64,000 nt of DNA from NCBI GenBank assembly GCA_963616135.1, contig CAVEJT010000001.1:76844-140843 (forward strand), read 5' to 3'. This DNA comes from Bacteroidaceae bacterium (GTDB lineage: Bacteria; Bacillota_I; Bacilli_A; RF39; UBA660). The notes under the pieces were generated by a model. That model was given only the letters and a program-made list of their open reading frames with translations, had not been told where the DNA came from and searched no databases. The stretch's first letter is position 1. Every line of letters starts with the position of its first letter. Below, in pieces: positions 1 to 8,109 of the stretch. The position numbers and the translations under genes were made by a program.

Positions 1-195
1 CAAGAATTAAATAAATTAGAGGAAAATTACAATAAAACTATTAATGATTTAATGAATTGTAATTCTTTGGTAGTAAAAATGGAGCAATTATTTAATTTAA
101 TTGGTGCTATCGGTACTATTTCAATTGAAGACGAAGATAAACTAGATAAAACATTAGTTAATTTAGAAAATTATGTTAAATCTATAAGGAATTGA
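1..195 (+). CDS. 3' end of an upstream ORF (partial, hypothetical)
   Basis: Open frame entering window, ends ...KSIRN at TGA 193..195, followed by terminator hairpin. Confidence 0.4.
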   Translation, partial: QELNKLEENYNKTINDLMNCNSLVVKMEQLFNLIGAIGTISIEDEDKLDKTLVNLENYVKSIRN

Positions 196-206
196 AATTA
201 GTATCG

Positions 207-238
207 GCTGTATAGAAAAACTATACAGCAATTTATTT
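207..238 (+). terminator. Rho-independent terminator (GCTGTATAG aaaaa CTATACAGC + T-rich tail)
   Basis: Perfect 9-bp inverted repeat 207..229 followed by aatttattt. Confidence 0.65.
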
Positions 239-262
239 GAATGTGATTTTTTTAATAGGGTA

Positions 263-291
263 TTGACTTTTATAAAAATAAAGGTTATTAT
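263..291 (+). promoter_or_regulatory. Sigma-A type promoter: -35 TTGACT (263..268), 17-bp spacer, -10 TATTAT (286..291)
   Basis: Canonical hexamers and spacing; operator copy lies 13 bp downstream. Confidence 0.5.
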
Positions 292-304
292 TTTAATAGA
301 AAGT

Positions 305-320
305 GTTTACTAGTGTAAAC
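305..320. promoter_or_regulatory. Operator copy 1: GTTTAC-TAGT-GTAAAC inverted repeat
   Basis: Identical 16-mer also at 430..445, 39910..39925, 47384..47399 and one-mismatch variant 32634..32649. Confidence 0.6.
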
Positions 321-429
321 GACTTTAGAAGTGGTTTGGAGGTGGTGTGGTGTAATGTTAAAAGTAGTTTGAAGTGTTTTTATGTAGTAAATTTCTAGCA
401 GTATATATTTTATTTTTTTTAATCATATC

Positions 430-445
430 GTTTACTAGTGTAAAC
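430..445. promoter_or_regulatory. Operator copy 2: GTTTACTAGTGTAAAC
   Basis: Second copy 125 bp from copy 1, just upstream of ORF 470..658. Confidence 0.6.
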
Positions 446-469
446 ATTGTATTAAAAAAGTAAAGTGAG

Positions 470-658
470 GTGATAGTGATTTTTAAAGAAAAAGAAAGAT
501 ATCGCATTTATAATGCATTATCTGAAGATCACGGCTATTTTCTTACCATCATTAAGATTTGCAATAATACTATTTATTACTTATTTGATGGTATTGATGA
601 GGTTAAATGTTTTGATCTCCGAAGTGACTTTGCAGTAGATTTAATAAAGGTAGTTTAA
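470..658 (+). CDS. Small hypothetical protein (62 aa), possible alternative GTG start at 476
   Basis: ORF downstream of paired operators; GAGGTG RBS-like motif upstream; no recognisable domain. Confidence 0.3.
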   Translation: MIVIFKEKERYRIYNALSEDHGYFLTIIKICNNTIYYLFDGIDEVKCFDLRSDFAVDLIKVV

Positions 659-693
659 TTTAGTTCATCAGTTTTATGAGAGGAGCAACTGTT

Positions 694-960
694 ATGAGAT
701 TTTCTGATGATAATACTGTCATTCCTAAATGGATTTTGTATCATCTGAGAAAATATGGGAACTGTTGCTGTGGTAGAGAAATAGTAAAAAAATTAGGAAG
801 GGAAAAGATTTTACAATTATTAAGAAAAGAGGGGTATCCTTGTATATTACGAATTGTATATGATGATATGTTTCATAAACCCAGAAGAAAAGTAAAATAT
901 CCTCGTGATGCTTATTATATTTTAGAGATTGAATGTGTAGTTAAGAGTTATTTTATATGA
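694..960 (+). CDS. Putative antitoxin partner of MazF/PemK toxin (start likely ATG 694 after GAGAGGAG RBS; ORF track starts 676)
   Basis: Small ORF immediately upstream of and overlapping (ATGA) the MazF-like gene, typical TA gene arrangement; no fold recognised. Confidence 0.4.
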   Translation: MRFSDDNTVIPKWILYHLRKYGNCCCGREIVKKLGREKILQLLRKEGYPCILRIVYDDMFHKPRRKVKYPRDAYYILEIECVVKSYFI

Positions 961-1307
961 ATGAAATTAGAAGAGGAAAGGTATATGATGTAGAATTAAA
1001 AAATACATCATCACATGTTCAGTTCGGAAGACGTCCATGTTTGGTTGTTCAAAATAATTTAGGAAATACATTTTCTCCTACAATCATTGTTGTCCCATTA
1101 ACAACTAAACTCAAAAAAACACATTTACCTGTTCATGTTATAACTGCTAAAAATCAAATGGCATTATGCGAGTGCGTTTTAACTATTTCAAAGGAGCAAA
1201 TAATTTCTTATATTAAAACTTTAGATGAGAAAACTATGAAACTAATAGACAGAGCTTTATCCATTTCGTTGGAATTAGAAAAGGAGGGAACAGTATTAAA
1301 AAAGTAA
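957..1307 (+). CDS. MazF/PemK-family type II toxin endoribonuclease
   Basis: Motifs GKVYDVEL...RPCLVVQNN...IVVPLTT...HLPVHV characteristic of PemK/MazF (CcdB/MazF fold). Confidence 0.8.
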   Translation: MNEIRRGKVYDVELKNTSSHVQFGRRPCLVVQNNLGNTFSPTIIVVPLTTKLKKTHLPVHVITAKNQMALCECVLTISKEQIISYIKTLDEKTMKLIDRALSISLELEKEGTVLKK

Positions 1308-1324
1308 AACAAATTTATGAAGAT

Positions 1325-1876
1325 TTGTGTAGTAAAAGTTCTGAGAAGTATTGGTGTGACGAAGGAAATAATAAAAGAATGAGAAGTTATTATAAGTTAT
1401 CTAAAATATTAAAAGTAATCAAATACTTATTAATATTAGGGTTAATATTTTATTTTATAATATTAGCAACAAATAGTATCTTCTGCTTATTTGATAAATA
1501 TATCTGTTGTGAAAAAGAACTAACATTGTTAAGCTATGTTGATTTTAAAAAGTTTATTTTAGATATTTATATTGTCACTTTTATTATAACTTTATTTGTA
1601 GTTCTATATTTAAGTAGAAAACAAAGATATTCATTAAATAAAATTTTCTGTATTTTGGTGAGTGGTTTGTTATTTCTACCTGTTAGTGCATTGTTAATTT
1701 ATAACTTTGTAGCGTTAAAAAGTTTAATGAGTAGTTTTTATTTATTAGTAGTATTTAGTGTTTTAATGATTATAATCAATCAATTAACAAACAGAATTGA
1801 TAGATTATATGATATAGCAGTAGGTAGTAATGAAATAAAAGAAAGGAAAGGAAAGAAAATATGCAAGGAAAAGTAA
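1325..1876 (+). CDS. Multi-pass membrane protein, hypothetical
   Basis: Four to five hydrophobic helices in translation; no motif. Confidence 0.4.
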   Translation: MCSKSSEKYWCDEGNNKRMRSYYKLSKILKVIKYLLILGLIFYFIILATNSIFCLFDKYICCEKELTLLSYVDFKKFILDIYIVTFIITLFVVLYLSRKQRYSLNKIFCILVSGLLFLPVSALLIYNFVALKSLMSSFYLLVVFSVLMIIINQLTNRIDRLYDIAVGSNEIKERKGKKICKEK

Positions 1877-2091
1877 AATGGTTTAGTAGTGAGAAAGGAT
1901 ATGGATTCATATCATCAAATGAAAAGGAGCAAGATATATATGTTCATTTTTCAGATATTGTGATGAAAGGATTTAAAACATTGGATGAAAATGATATAGT
2001 AGAATTTGATTATGATGAAGAGATGAATAAAGCAGTAAATGTTCACAAAATCTCAGTTTCTGAAGAAAATGACGAAACAAAGAGTGAATAA
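1861..2091 (+). CDS. csp: Cold-shock protein (CspA family, S1-like OB fold)
   Basis: [15 protein letters not shown] ... VHFSDI ... GFKTL..VEFD - RNP1/RNP2 cold-shock motifs. Confidence 0.9.
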   Translation: MQGKVKWFSSEKGYGFISSNEKEQDIYVHFSDIVMKGFKTLDENDIVEFDYDEEMNKAVNVHKISVSEENDETKSE

Positions 2092-2552
2092 TGAAACTAT
2101 TTGATGATATAATAATATCAAAGATAGATTTGGATAGAACATCACAAAACGGAAAGGAAATTTGTGATCTATATCAACCGTTAGTAGAAAAAAGATTAAA
2201 ACAAGCAATGAACACCCCATTTAATTCAGCAAGTTTTGTTATGTTTTCAGAAAATAAGAAAGGTGGCAATTCTTCAGAAGTTAAATTGTTAGATCGTTTA
2301 TCTTGGATTGATGATCAAACAGGAAGTTATATCCGTAATGTATTGAAGATTCAAAAAAAGGATAAAACAATTGGTGAATTTTTAAAGTGGAAATGTTTTT
2401 ATGGATTAAGTGATAGAGAAATATCTAATAAAATCCAAAAAGATGAAAGAACAGTTAGAAGATATAAAGCACGAGCGTATTATTATCTTGCTGTTTATTC
2501 AAATCAGGTTGAGTTTATATATGAGAAAACATATCATTTTCAACTTGATTAA
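2091..2552 (+). CDS. ArpU-like / sigma-70 region-4-like transcriptional regulator
   Basis: C-terminal LSDREISNKIQKDERTVRRYKARAYYYL resembles sigma region 4 HTH as in ArpU/phage late regulators. Confidence 0.45.
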   Translation: MKLFDDIIISKIDLDRTSQNGKEICDLYQPLVEKRLKQAMNTPFNSASFVMFSENKKGGNSSEVKLLDRLSWIDDQTGSYIRNVLKIQKKDKTIGEFLKWKCFYGLSDREISNKIQKDERTVRRYKARAYYYLAVYSNQVEFIYEKTYHFQLD

Positions 2553-2614
2553 ATAGAAGTATTTATTAATGTGGATTCTTCCACATTAAAGACATAAGAA
2601 GTTGGAGGAGTAAA

Positions 2615-3619
2615 ATGAAGAAAAAAGTAGTTTTAGTAATTATTTGTTTAATAGTTGTATTTTTAGTAGGATTATTATTTGTAATACACAAAGAATCTAA
2701 TACAATTATTTTAAAAAAAGAAGAATTTATTTATGAATTAGGAGAGGAAATAAGTGCAGATGTATCTAATTATATTAAAGATGCTGATTCTATTAAGAAT
2801 ATAACAGAATATAAAATTGTGACAGATGATTTTAAAATTGTTGATAAAAAGTTAGTTATCAACAATGATAAACCTACTGTTGGTGATTACAATATTAATA
2901 TTGTGCATAAAAACGTATCTAAAAAAGTGATTATTAAAATAGTTGATACTACTTCTCCAGAGTTCACCACTTTTGAAGAAAATATTAAAATAGAACAAAC
3001 TTCAGAAGAAGTAGACTTACTAAAATATTTTGAAGCAACTGATTTAACTGAAGTTAAAATTACAATAGATGGTGAGTATGATTTGACTCAAGAAGGGGAC
3101 TATGATATTAACGTGATTGCAACTGATGCAAACGGAAATAAGATTAGTAAAAAAGCGACAATAACAGTTTATAAAAAAGAGGTAGCAAAGGAAACACCTG
3201 TTATCAAACAGGATAATAATATATCTAATAATAAATCATCAAACAATACGACAACAACTAAACCTGAAACTCCTTCGGTAAGATATAGAAAAGATGTTTC
3301 TGATTCATATATTGTGCAAATCAATGCTTATAGAAAAGCAAATGGATTGAATGAATTACCAGTCACAGCTGAAGCACAAGCAGAAGCTGATAAAAGATCA
3401 AAAGAATTATCTACTTATTATTCTCATGATGGTGTTGGATATGGCTTTGGCGAGATAATAGGAAATGGTTCAATAGGAGTGGATTTTATAACTGCATGGA
3501 AGAATAGTCCTTCACATAATGCAACAATGTTAAGAGATCATACTGTTGCAATAGCAGCTAGTATATATGAATGCAATAATCATTGGTATGCAGTAGTGTC
3601 ATTTAGAACAGACTATTAA
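2615..3619 (+). CDS. Membrane-anchored CAP/SCP (PR-1-like) domain protein with Ig-like (DUF5011-like) repeats and Thr/Asn-rich linker
   Basis: N-terminal TM; C-terminal ...YYSHDGVGYGFGEIIG...WKNSPSHNATMLRDHTVAIAA...WYAVVSF matches bacterial CAP domain. Confidence 0.6.
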   Translation: MKKKVVLVIICLIVVFLVGLLFVIHKESNTIILKKEEFIYELGEEISADVSNYIKDADSIKNITEYKIVTDDFKIVDKKLVINNDKPTVGDYNINIVHKNVSKKVIIKIVDTTSPEFTTFEENIKIEQTSEEVDLLKYFEATDLTEVKITIDGEYDLTQEGDYDINVIATDANGNKISKKATITVYKKEVAKETPVIKQDNNISNNKSSNNTTTTKPETPSVRYRKDVSDSYIVQINAYRKANGLNELPVTAEAQAEADKRSKELSTYYSHDGVGYGFGEIIGNGSIGVDFITAWKNSPSHNATMLRDHTVAIAASIYECNNHWYAVVSFRTDY

Positions 3620-3702
3620 CAATACAAAAAAGTAATAAAATCGTAAATTAATAATTTATACAAAATAAATTTTGAATATGTAAATTTACAAATAAAACAA
3701 AA

Positions 3703-3729
3703 GGATTAAATAATTAATCTATTTAATCC
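3703..3729. terminator. Bidirectional terminator hairpin between convergent genes (GGATTAAAT ... ATTTAATCC)
   Basis: 9-bp inverted repeat with AT-rich flanks on both sides. Confidence 0.5.
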
Positions 3730-3755
3730 TGAACTAGCGATTGATTAATATATTA

Positions 3756-3947
3756 TTATTTTGAATTATTAGAACTATTGTTATCTAATAATTCTTTTTT
3801 TCCTTTTTTTAAATATGTTGAGTAATTTGGGACATCTTTTTTGTTTTTATAAAAACTACAATTTTTACATTCCTTTGTACTTAGTGCATTACAAACAGAT
3901 TCATTAACTCTTGCAAAGCAATCAAGTTTATCATTTTCTGCATTCAT
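3756..3947 (-). CDS. Small Cys-containing protein (C-x8-C-x7-C-x2-C), hypothetical
   Basis: Four cysteines in first 30 aa (zinc-ribbon-like spacing), Lys/Asn-rich tail. Confidence 0.4.
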   Translation of the reverse strand: MNAENDKLDCFARVNESVCNALSTKECKNCSFYKNKKDVPNYSTYLKKGKKELLDNNSSNNSK

Positions 3948-3962
3948 TATTTCTTCTCCTTC

Positions 3963-4685
3963 CTACTGACGCAAAGCTTTTAAAAAATCTCTAGCTTTAT
4001 CTTGAATTTTTTCAGTTTTTTCAATTAACATTTCTAATTGTATTGTACACATATCTTTCATTCTTGAATCAACATTAAAGTTAAAAATATAATATAAACC
4101 AAATGACGCATAATTACACATACAAATTAAAATTAAAATGTTATATATATTTTCAACATCTTTTTTTCTTTTTAAATTAAAATTGCAAACATCAACATTA
4201 TGGTTTTTAAAAAAATTTATAATCGTATCAGTTTTATAAACAAACTTTAATATATCACAAAATCCATAAATACAAATTTTCTTAATATTAAATTGATAAT
4301 ATGGAATAAAATCATTATTACCTATATATTTTTTTGATAATAAAAGTTTTGAAGATTTGGGGTGTATTAGCATATATTCAATTATTGTGTCTTTTTTTCT
4401 AACCGTCCAAAAGTCTGTATTTATGCAATTTATAACATGGTATAATACTTCAATAAAATGTTCTTCAGTAGTTAAATATCCTTTTTTTACAAGGCATGTA
4501 GTATTTGGGATTATGTTAATATCATCCATTTGTTTTATTACAGAGTCCAATTTATTATTTGTTATCAAAAAATACATTAATGTACAATATTCATTTTGTT
4601 CTTTATTTAATATTTGTTTAAGTTTTTCTTTTCTTTTTTCTAATATTTTGTTTTCCATATAATTCTTCATTGTCCTTGATGGCAA
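3963..4685 (-). CDS. Hypothetical protein (240 aa)
   Basis: Long ORF in only minus-strand block of window; no motif recognised. Confidence 0.45.
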   Translation of the reverse strand: MPSRTMKNYMENKILEKRKEKLKQILNKEQNEYCTLMYFLITNNKLDSVIKQMDDINIIPNTTCLVKKGYLTTEEHFIEVLYHVINCINTDFWTVRKKDTIIEYMLIHPKSSKLLLSKKYIGNNDFIPYYQFNIKKICIYGFCDILKFVYKTDTIINFFKNHNVDVCNFNLKRKKDVENIYNILILICMCNYASFGLYYIFNFNVDSRMKDMCTIQLEMLIEKTEKIQDKARDFLKALRQ

Positions 4686-4938
4686 ATAGAGTCATATCAA
4701 GTTTAAAATTTAAATCTTTGATAGTAATTTGAGTTTTAAAATAAGAATTATTGTATGGTTCTAAGTATAAAAAGTATTTACCTTTGTCTTTAATTATTTT
4801 AAGGTTATAGTTTTTATTTGAGTATTTAATTCTAAAACAATTATAAGAAATATAACTTACTCCATATCCTTTACTGCTAATATCATTATTATTTAAATAC
4901 TTAATTATCATCTTATTATAAATAAACTTTTTGATCAT
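4618..4938 (-). CDS. Hypothetical protein (106 aa)
   Basis: ORF heading the minus-strand operon; overlaps downstream gene. Confidence 0.4.
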   Translation of the reverse strand: MIKKFIYNKMIIKYLNNNDISSKGYGVSYISYNCFRIKYSNKNYNLKIIKDKGKYFLYLEPYNNSYFKTQITIKDLNFKLDMTLFAIKDNEELYGKQNIRKKKRKT

Positions 4939-5048
4939 AATTTACCTCACTAAAATTTATCACCCACACAAGTCGTGAGGGTTAGACCTTTTTCAAGGTG
5001 TATTTAAGGTATAATTAGCACATATTATGTATAGAGTGGGGTGATAAA

Positions 5049-5270
5049 GTGAAATTACAAGCTACTGATTATACAACCGAAGAAATTATTAAGATTTTGA
5101 GAGAGTGAACTGGACTAACTCAAAAGGATTTCGGAAAAACAATTAGCAGATCTGAACGCAGTATTCAATCTTTAGAATCTGGCGATAGACATTGTACCGT
5201 TGACACTTTATTACAAATAGCAAGAACTCATAACATAAAAATAGTAATAACGAAAGATGCTTCTAAGTAG
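5049..5270 (+). pseudogene. XRE-family HTH regulator disrupted by in-frame TGA (5106..5108) where Trp/basic residue expected
   Basis: Translation VKLQATDYTTEEIIKILRE*TGLTQKDFGKTISRSERSIQSLESGDRHCTVDTLLQIARTHNIKIVITKDASK; HTH_3 signature spans the stop; TATAAT at 5010..5015 upstream. Confidence 0.55.
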
Positions 5271-5478
5271 AAGTGTTTTTTTATACCTTTTTATTTTAAC
5301 GAACATTCACCTCCTAACTTAACTATTTAAAATATAGCAAAAAAATACAGCACAAGACAAGAGTTTTAATTCTTTTTTGTACTGCTAAATTTTCTCACTA
5401 TATAAAAAGTTTAACGCATAGCGTCCCAAAAGTCAAGAATTAACTGTATTTAATTTAAAATTATATATAGGTGATACA

Positions 5479-5931
5479 ATGACTTTAAGGTATGAAGAAT
5501 TAAGATTGGATATGGAAAAGAAGCAAGGAGATATAGCCGAAATTCTATCAGTTAAAAGAAATACTTACTCTAAATGGGAAAACCTTATTAATGATATGCC
5601 GTTAGAAAAATGCAATGAACTTGCTAATTACTATAAGACAACGCTAGATTATGTTTTAGGTCTATCAAATGTAAGAAAATATATAGATACACCGTTGTTG
5701 ATAGATTGGAAACTAGTTTCTGAAAGATTAACCGAATTACGTCATTCTAAGAATTTAACAGAAACGGAATTAAGTAGTAGAATAGGTTTTGCTCAAACAA
5801 CATATTCACATTATGAAATTGGAAAAAGAAGACCTACCACAATGAAATTATTATCAATAGCACAATACTATAATGTTTCTATTGATTATATTGTTGGTAG
5901 AACAAATAAAAAAAGTATAATTATTGAATAA
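5479..5931 (+). CDS. Transcriptional regulator with two tandem XRE-type HTH domains
   Basis: Two HTH_3-like segments (…GDIAEILSVKRNTYSKWEN… and …LTETELSSRIGFAQTTYSHYEIGKRRP…). Confidence 0.7.
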   Translation: MTLRYEELRLDMEKKQGDIAEILSVKRNTYSKWENLINDMPLEKCNELANYYKTTLDYVLGLSNVRKYIDTPLLIDWKLVSERLTELRHSKNLTETELSSRIGFAQTTYSHYEIGKRRPTTMKLLSIAQYYNVSIDYIVGRTNKKSIIIE

Positions 5932-5933
5932 AA

Positions 5934-5960
5934 ATAGCACTGAAAAAGGTGCTATTTTTC
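5934..5960 (+). terminator. Rho-independent terminator (TAGCAC tgaaaaag GTGCTA + TTTTT)
   Basis: Hairpin directly after stop of 5479..5931. Confidence 0.7.
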
Positions 5961-6021
5961 AGTGGTGGTGGTTCGTGTTTATTTTTTCGTAAAAAGCATA
6001 AACTAGAAATGGTGATGTTAG

Positions 6022-6279
6022 TTGAATACGAACCACGTCTGTAAAATATTAGGTGTTAATGTTAAATATTATAGATTTAAACTTGGTTATACTCAAGAAA
6101 AGTTAGCAGAATTATGTGATCTCAGTCCGAGATATATTAGCGATATAGAGAATTTCAAAGGAAATATTCCAATGAACACATTAGAAAATTTGGCTTTTGT
6201 TTTGAAAGTAGAACCATACATATTATTAAAAGAACATAAGCATCGTAGTTTACCAAAAAGAGTTAATATGAAAGATTAA
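6022..6279 (+). CDS. XRE-family HTH transcriptional regulator
   Basis: LGYTQEKLAELCDLSPRYISDIEN HTH_3 motif. Confidence 0.65.
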   Translation: MNTNHVCKILGVNVKYYRFKLGYTQEKLAELCDLSPRYISDIENFKGNIPMNTLENLAFVLKVEPYILLKEHKHRSLPKRVNMKD

Positions 6280-6423
6280 TTCTTTTTTTTGCTTTTATTT
6301 ATATAAAAAATAAATATAGAAATGACAGTTCGTGTAAAATTTTGGCTATATAGGCATTATCCAACTAAAATTAAAACTTTTTGTGATATAATTATATCAA
6401 GAGTAGTTTTGCTCATAGATGGG

Positions 6424-7284
6424 ATGATAATTATGGATTTATTGGAAAGAATAAATAATTGTAGTGATGATGAATTAACTTCAATAATAGATACAGCACT
6501 TCAAAGTGCAATAAACAATTCAGATAAAAAAGAAAGGTTAGGTTTTACTGATGGAGGAGCAGCAACAGCAAAAATTCCATCACATAAGGGATTTATACCA
6601 CCTGATTCAAGAATAAAGTATAGTAATTTATCAATGAATATGTATTCGATGAAAACAACTGATTATATTTATGAATTTGCAAATTATGTTAAAAGAAATA
6701 AGATAAGCAATAAAGGTACATTAGTTAAATATATAGAAAATTTTATAAATGGATACTTCGGAATTTCAAATGGTACTGATATGAGAGATGCGTATTTTGA
6801 TCAGATCGCCTTTCAGACTACAACAACAGATGATGAATATTTTGAAAAACTAGACAATTTAGAAATAGGTGATTTAAAAGGTAAAAATATTGCTATGTGT
6901 ACGGAGAGAGCTGCTATTGCTCAAAACTTATTATCGTTATTTGGATTTGATGTTTACTATTGTATGGGCTGTGTTAGTAATAATGGTAGAGAAGAATCAC
7001 ATTGCTTTAATATTGCTCGTGCAAAAGATACTTTTATGTTATTAGATTATAGTTTGCCAGTACCTGTATTTGAAAATGGTCGTGCTATTGATTATGCTCC
7101 ATTTCAAGGAAGTATTGGATTAGATGAATTGGAAGATGTATTAGTAAATGGCTTGAATAAAGATTTCCCATCTTATGAATATATTAGAACTCCACAGGGT
7201 ATTAAAAGGGTGGCTACTGGAGAATTAAGAACATATAATGTTGGAAGTATGACTTTTGAGCAAACACAATCTAAAAGTAGATAG
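6424..7284 (+). CDS. Transglutaminase-like cysteine peptidase-fold protein (ORF track start 6322 likely too far upstream)
   Basis: GKNIAMCTERAAIAQNLLSLFGFDVYYCMG...ESHCFNIA...LLDYS matches Cys/His/Asp core of transglutaminase-like superfamily. Confidence 0.5.
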   Translation: MIIMDLLERINNCSDDELTSIIDTALQSAINNSDKKERLGFTDGGAATAKIPSHKGFIPPDSRIKYSNLSMNMYSMKTTDYIYEFANYVKRNKISNKGTLVKYIENFINGYFGISNGTDMRDAYFDQIAFQTTTTDDEYFEKLDNLEIGDLKGKNIAMCTERAAIAQNLLSLFGFDVYYCMGCVSNNGREESHCFNIARAKDTFMLLDYSLPVPVFENGRAIDYAPFQGSIGLDELEDVLVNGLNKDFPSYEYIRTPQGIKRVATGELRTYNVGSMTFEQTQSKSR

Positions 7285-7292
7285 GAGATGTA

Positions 7293-7934
7293 ATGTGTAT
7301 GACTACTACCATATATTTAATAAGACATTCTGAACCATTTAAAACTCATATAGGTAGTGTTAATACTACGGAATCAATATTATTAGAAAATGAAAAAACA
7401 CCATTGAGTATTGATGGTGAAAAAATGGCAGAAAAGTTTTCACTTCTACCTGAGTTTAAAGATTTAGATGTAATCTACTCCTCTAACTATGCAAGAACAA
7501 TGTCTACTGCAAAATATTTTGCACATAATAACAATTTAAAAGTTAATATAGATGAAAGATTTAACGAAAGAATACATGGTGTAGATACTTGGAATGAATT
7601 GCCTATTAATTTTGAAGTGAATCAATTGCGTAATGAAAATTATAAAATTGGTTATGGAGAATCTAAAAAAGAGGTACAAGTACGAATGTATTCAGCATTA
7701 GTTTCACTAATAAGCAGATATAAAGGAAAAAGAATTGCAATTATATCACACGCAACAGCAATTACATTTTTATTAAGTATGTTTGGTGAAGTTGCATATA
7801 ATGGTGATTATACTTATAAATATAAAGAAATAGAATATTTTAATGGTGATTGGAATTATTTAGAAACTTTTAAATTGGAATTTGATGAAAATAACGTCTT
7901 ACAAAAGATAACTAATATAAAAAATAATAATTAA
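7293..7934 (+). CDS. Histidine phosphatase superfamily protein (phosphoglycerate-mutase-like)
   Basis: N-terminal IYLIRHSEP (RHG-type motif) and C-terminal IAIISHATAI (catalytic His region). Confidence 0.65.
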   Translation: MCMTTTIYLIRHSEPFKTHIGSVNTTESILLENEKTPLSIDGEKMAEKFSLLPEFKDLDVIYSSNYARTMSTAKYFAHNNNLKVNIDERFNERIHGVDTWNELPINFEVNQLRNENYKIGYGESKKEVQVRMYSALVSLISRYKGKRIAIISHATAITFLLSMFGEVAYNGDYTYKYKEIEYFNGDWNYLETFKLEFDENNVLQKITNIKNNN

Positions 7935-7949
7935 ACAAAATTTATAGAG

Positions 7950-7980
7950 GACTTGGAATTTTTTTCAAGTCTTTTAATTT
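7950..7980 (+). terminator. Rho-independent terminator (GACTTG gaattttttt CAAGTC + TTTT)
   Basis: 6-bp stem, T-rich tail after stop of 7293..7934. Confidence 0.65.
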
Positions 7981-8029
7981 ATATATGATTCTTATTTTTT
8001 ATTTGAATTAATTTATAGATTTTTTATAA

Positions 8030-8104
8030 AGAACTGTCAGTTCTACAAAAATAGTGTCAAAACTGTCAAATGCAAGTGTAAAATTGAACTTTATATGGTA
8101 TAAT
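8030..8104 (+). promoter_or_regulatory. Promoter/operator block A: palindrome AGAACTGTCAGTTCT, TGTCAAA direct repeats, -10 TATAAT 8099..8104
   Basis: ~85% identical to block B at 17169..17243; same spacing to downstream ATG. Confidence 0.55.
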
Positions 8105-8109
8105 TATAT

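Noticed and set aside
5106-5108. In-frame TGA read as tryptophan (genetic code 4) or selenocysteine
   Set aside because: TGA functions as a true stop for other genes in the window (e.g. 193..195) and there is no SECIS-like structure; nonsense mutation is more parsimonious.
5330-5345. CACCTCCT (anti-SD-like) at ~5309..5316 suggesting a minus-strand gene start
   Set aside because: The AGGAGGTG on the minus strand is only 2-3 nt from the nearest ATG and the resulting ORF is short and antisense to the HTH pseudogene.
6322-6423. N-terminal extension of ORF 6322..7284 (MTVRVKFWLYRHYPTK...)
   Set aside because: Region lacks RBS and reads through AT-rich promoter-like DNA; the transglutaminase-like protein more plausibly starts at ATG 6424/6433.
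8030-8044. AGAACTGTCAGTTCT palindrome as a LexA/Cheo box
   Set aside because: Firmicute LexA sites are GAAC-N4-GTTC; this palindrome has a 5-nt spacer (GAAC-TGTCA-GTTC), so SOS control is not supported; kept only as an unassigned operator.
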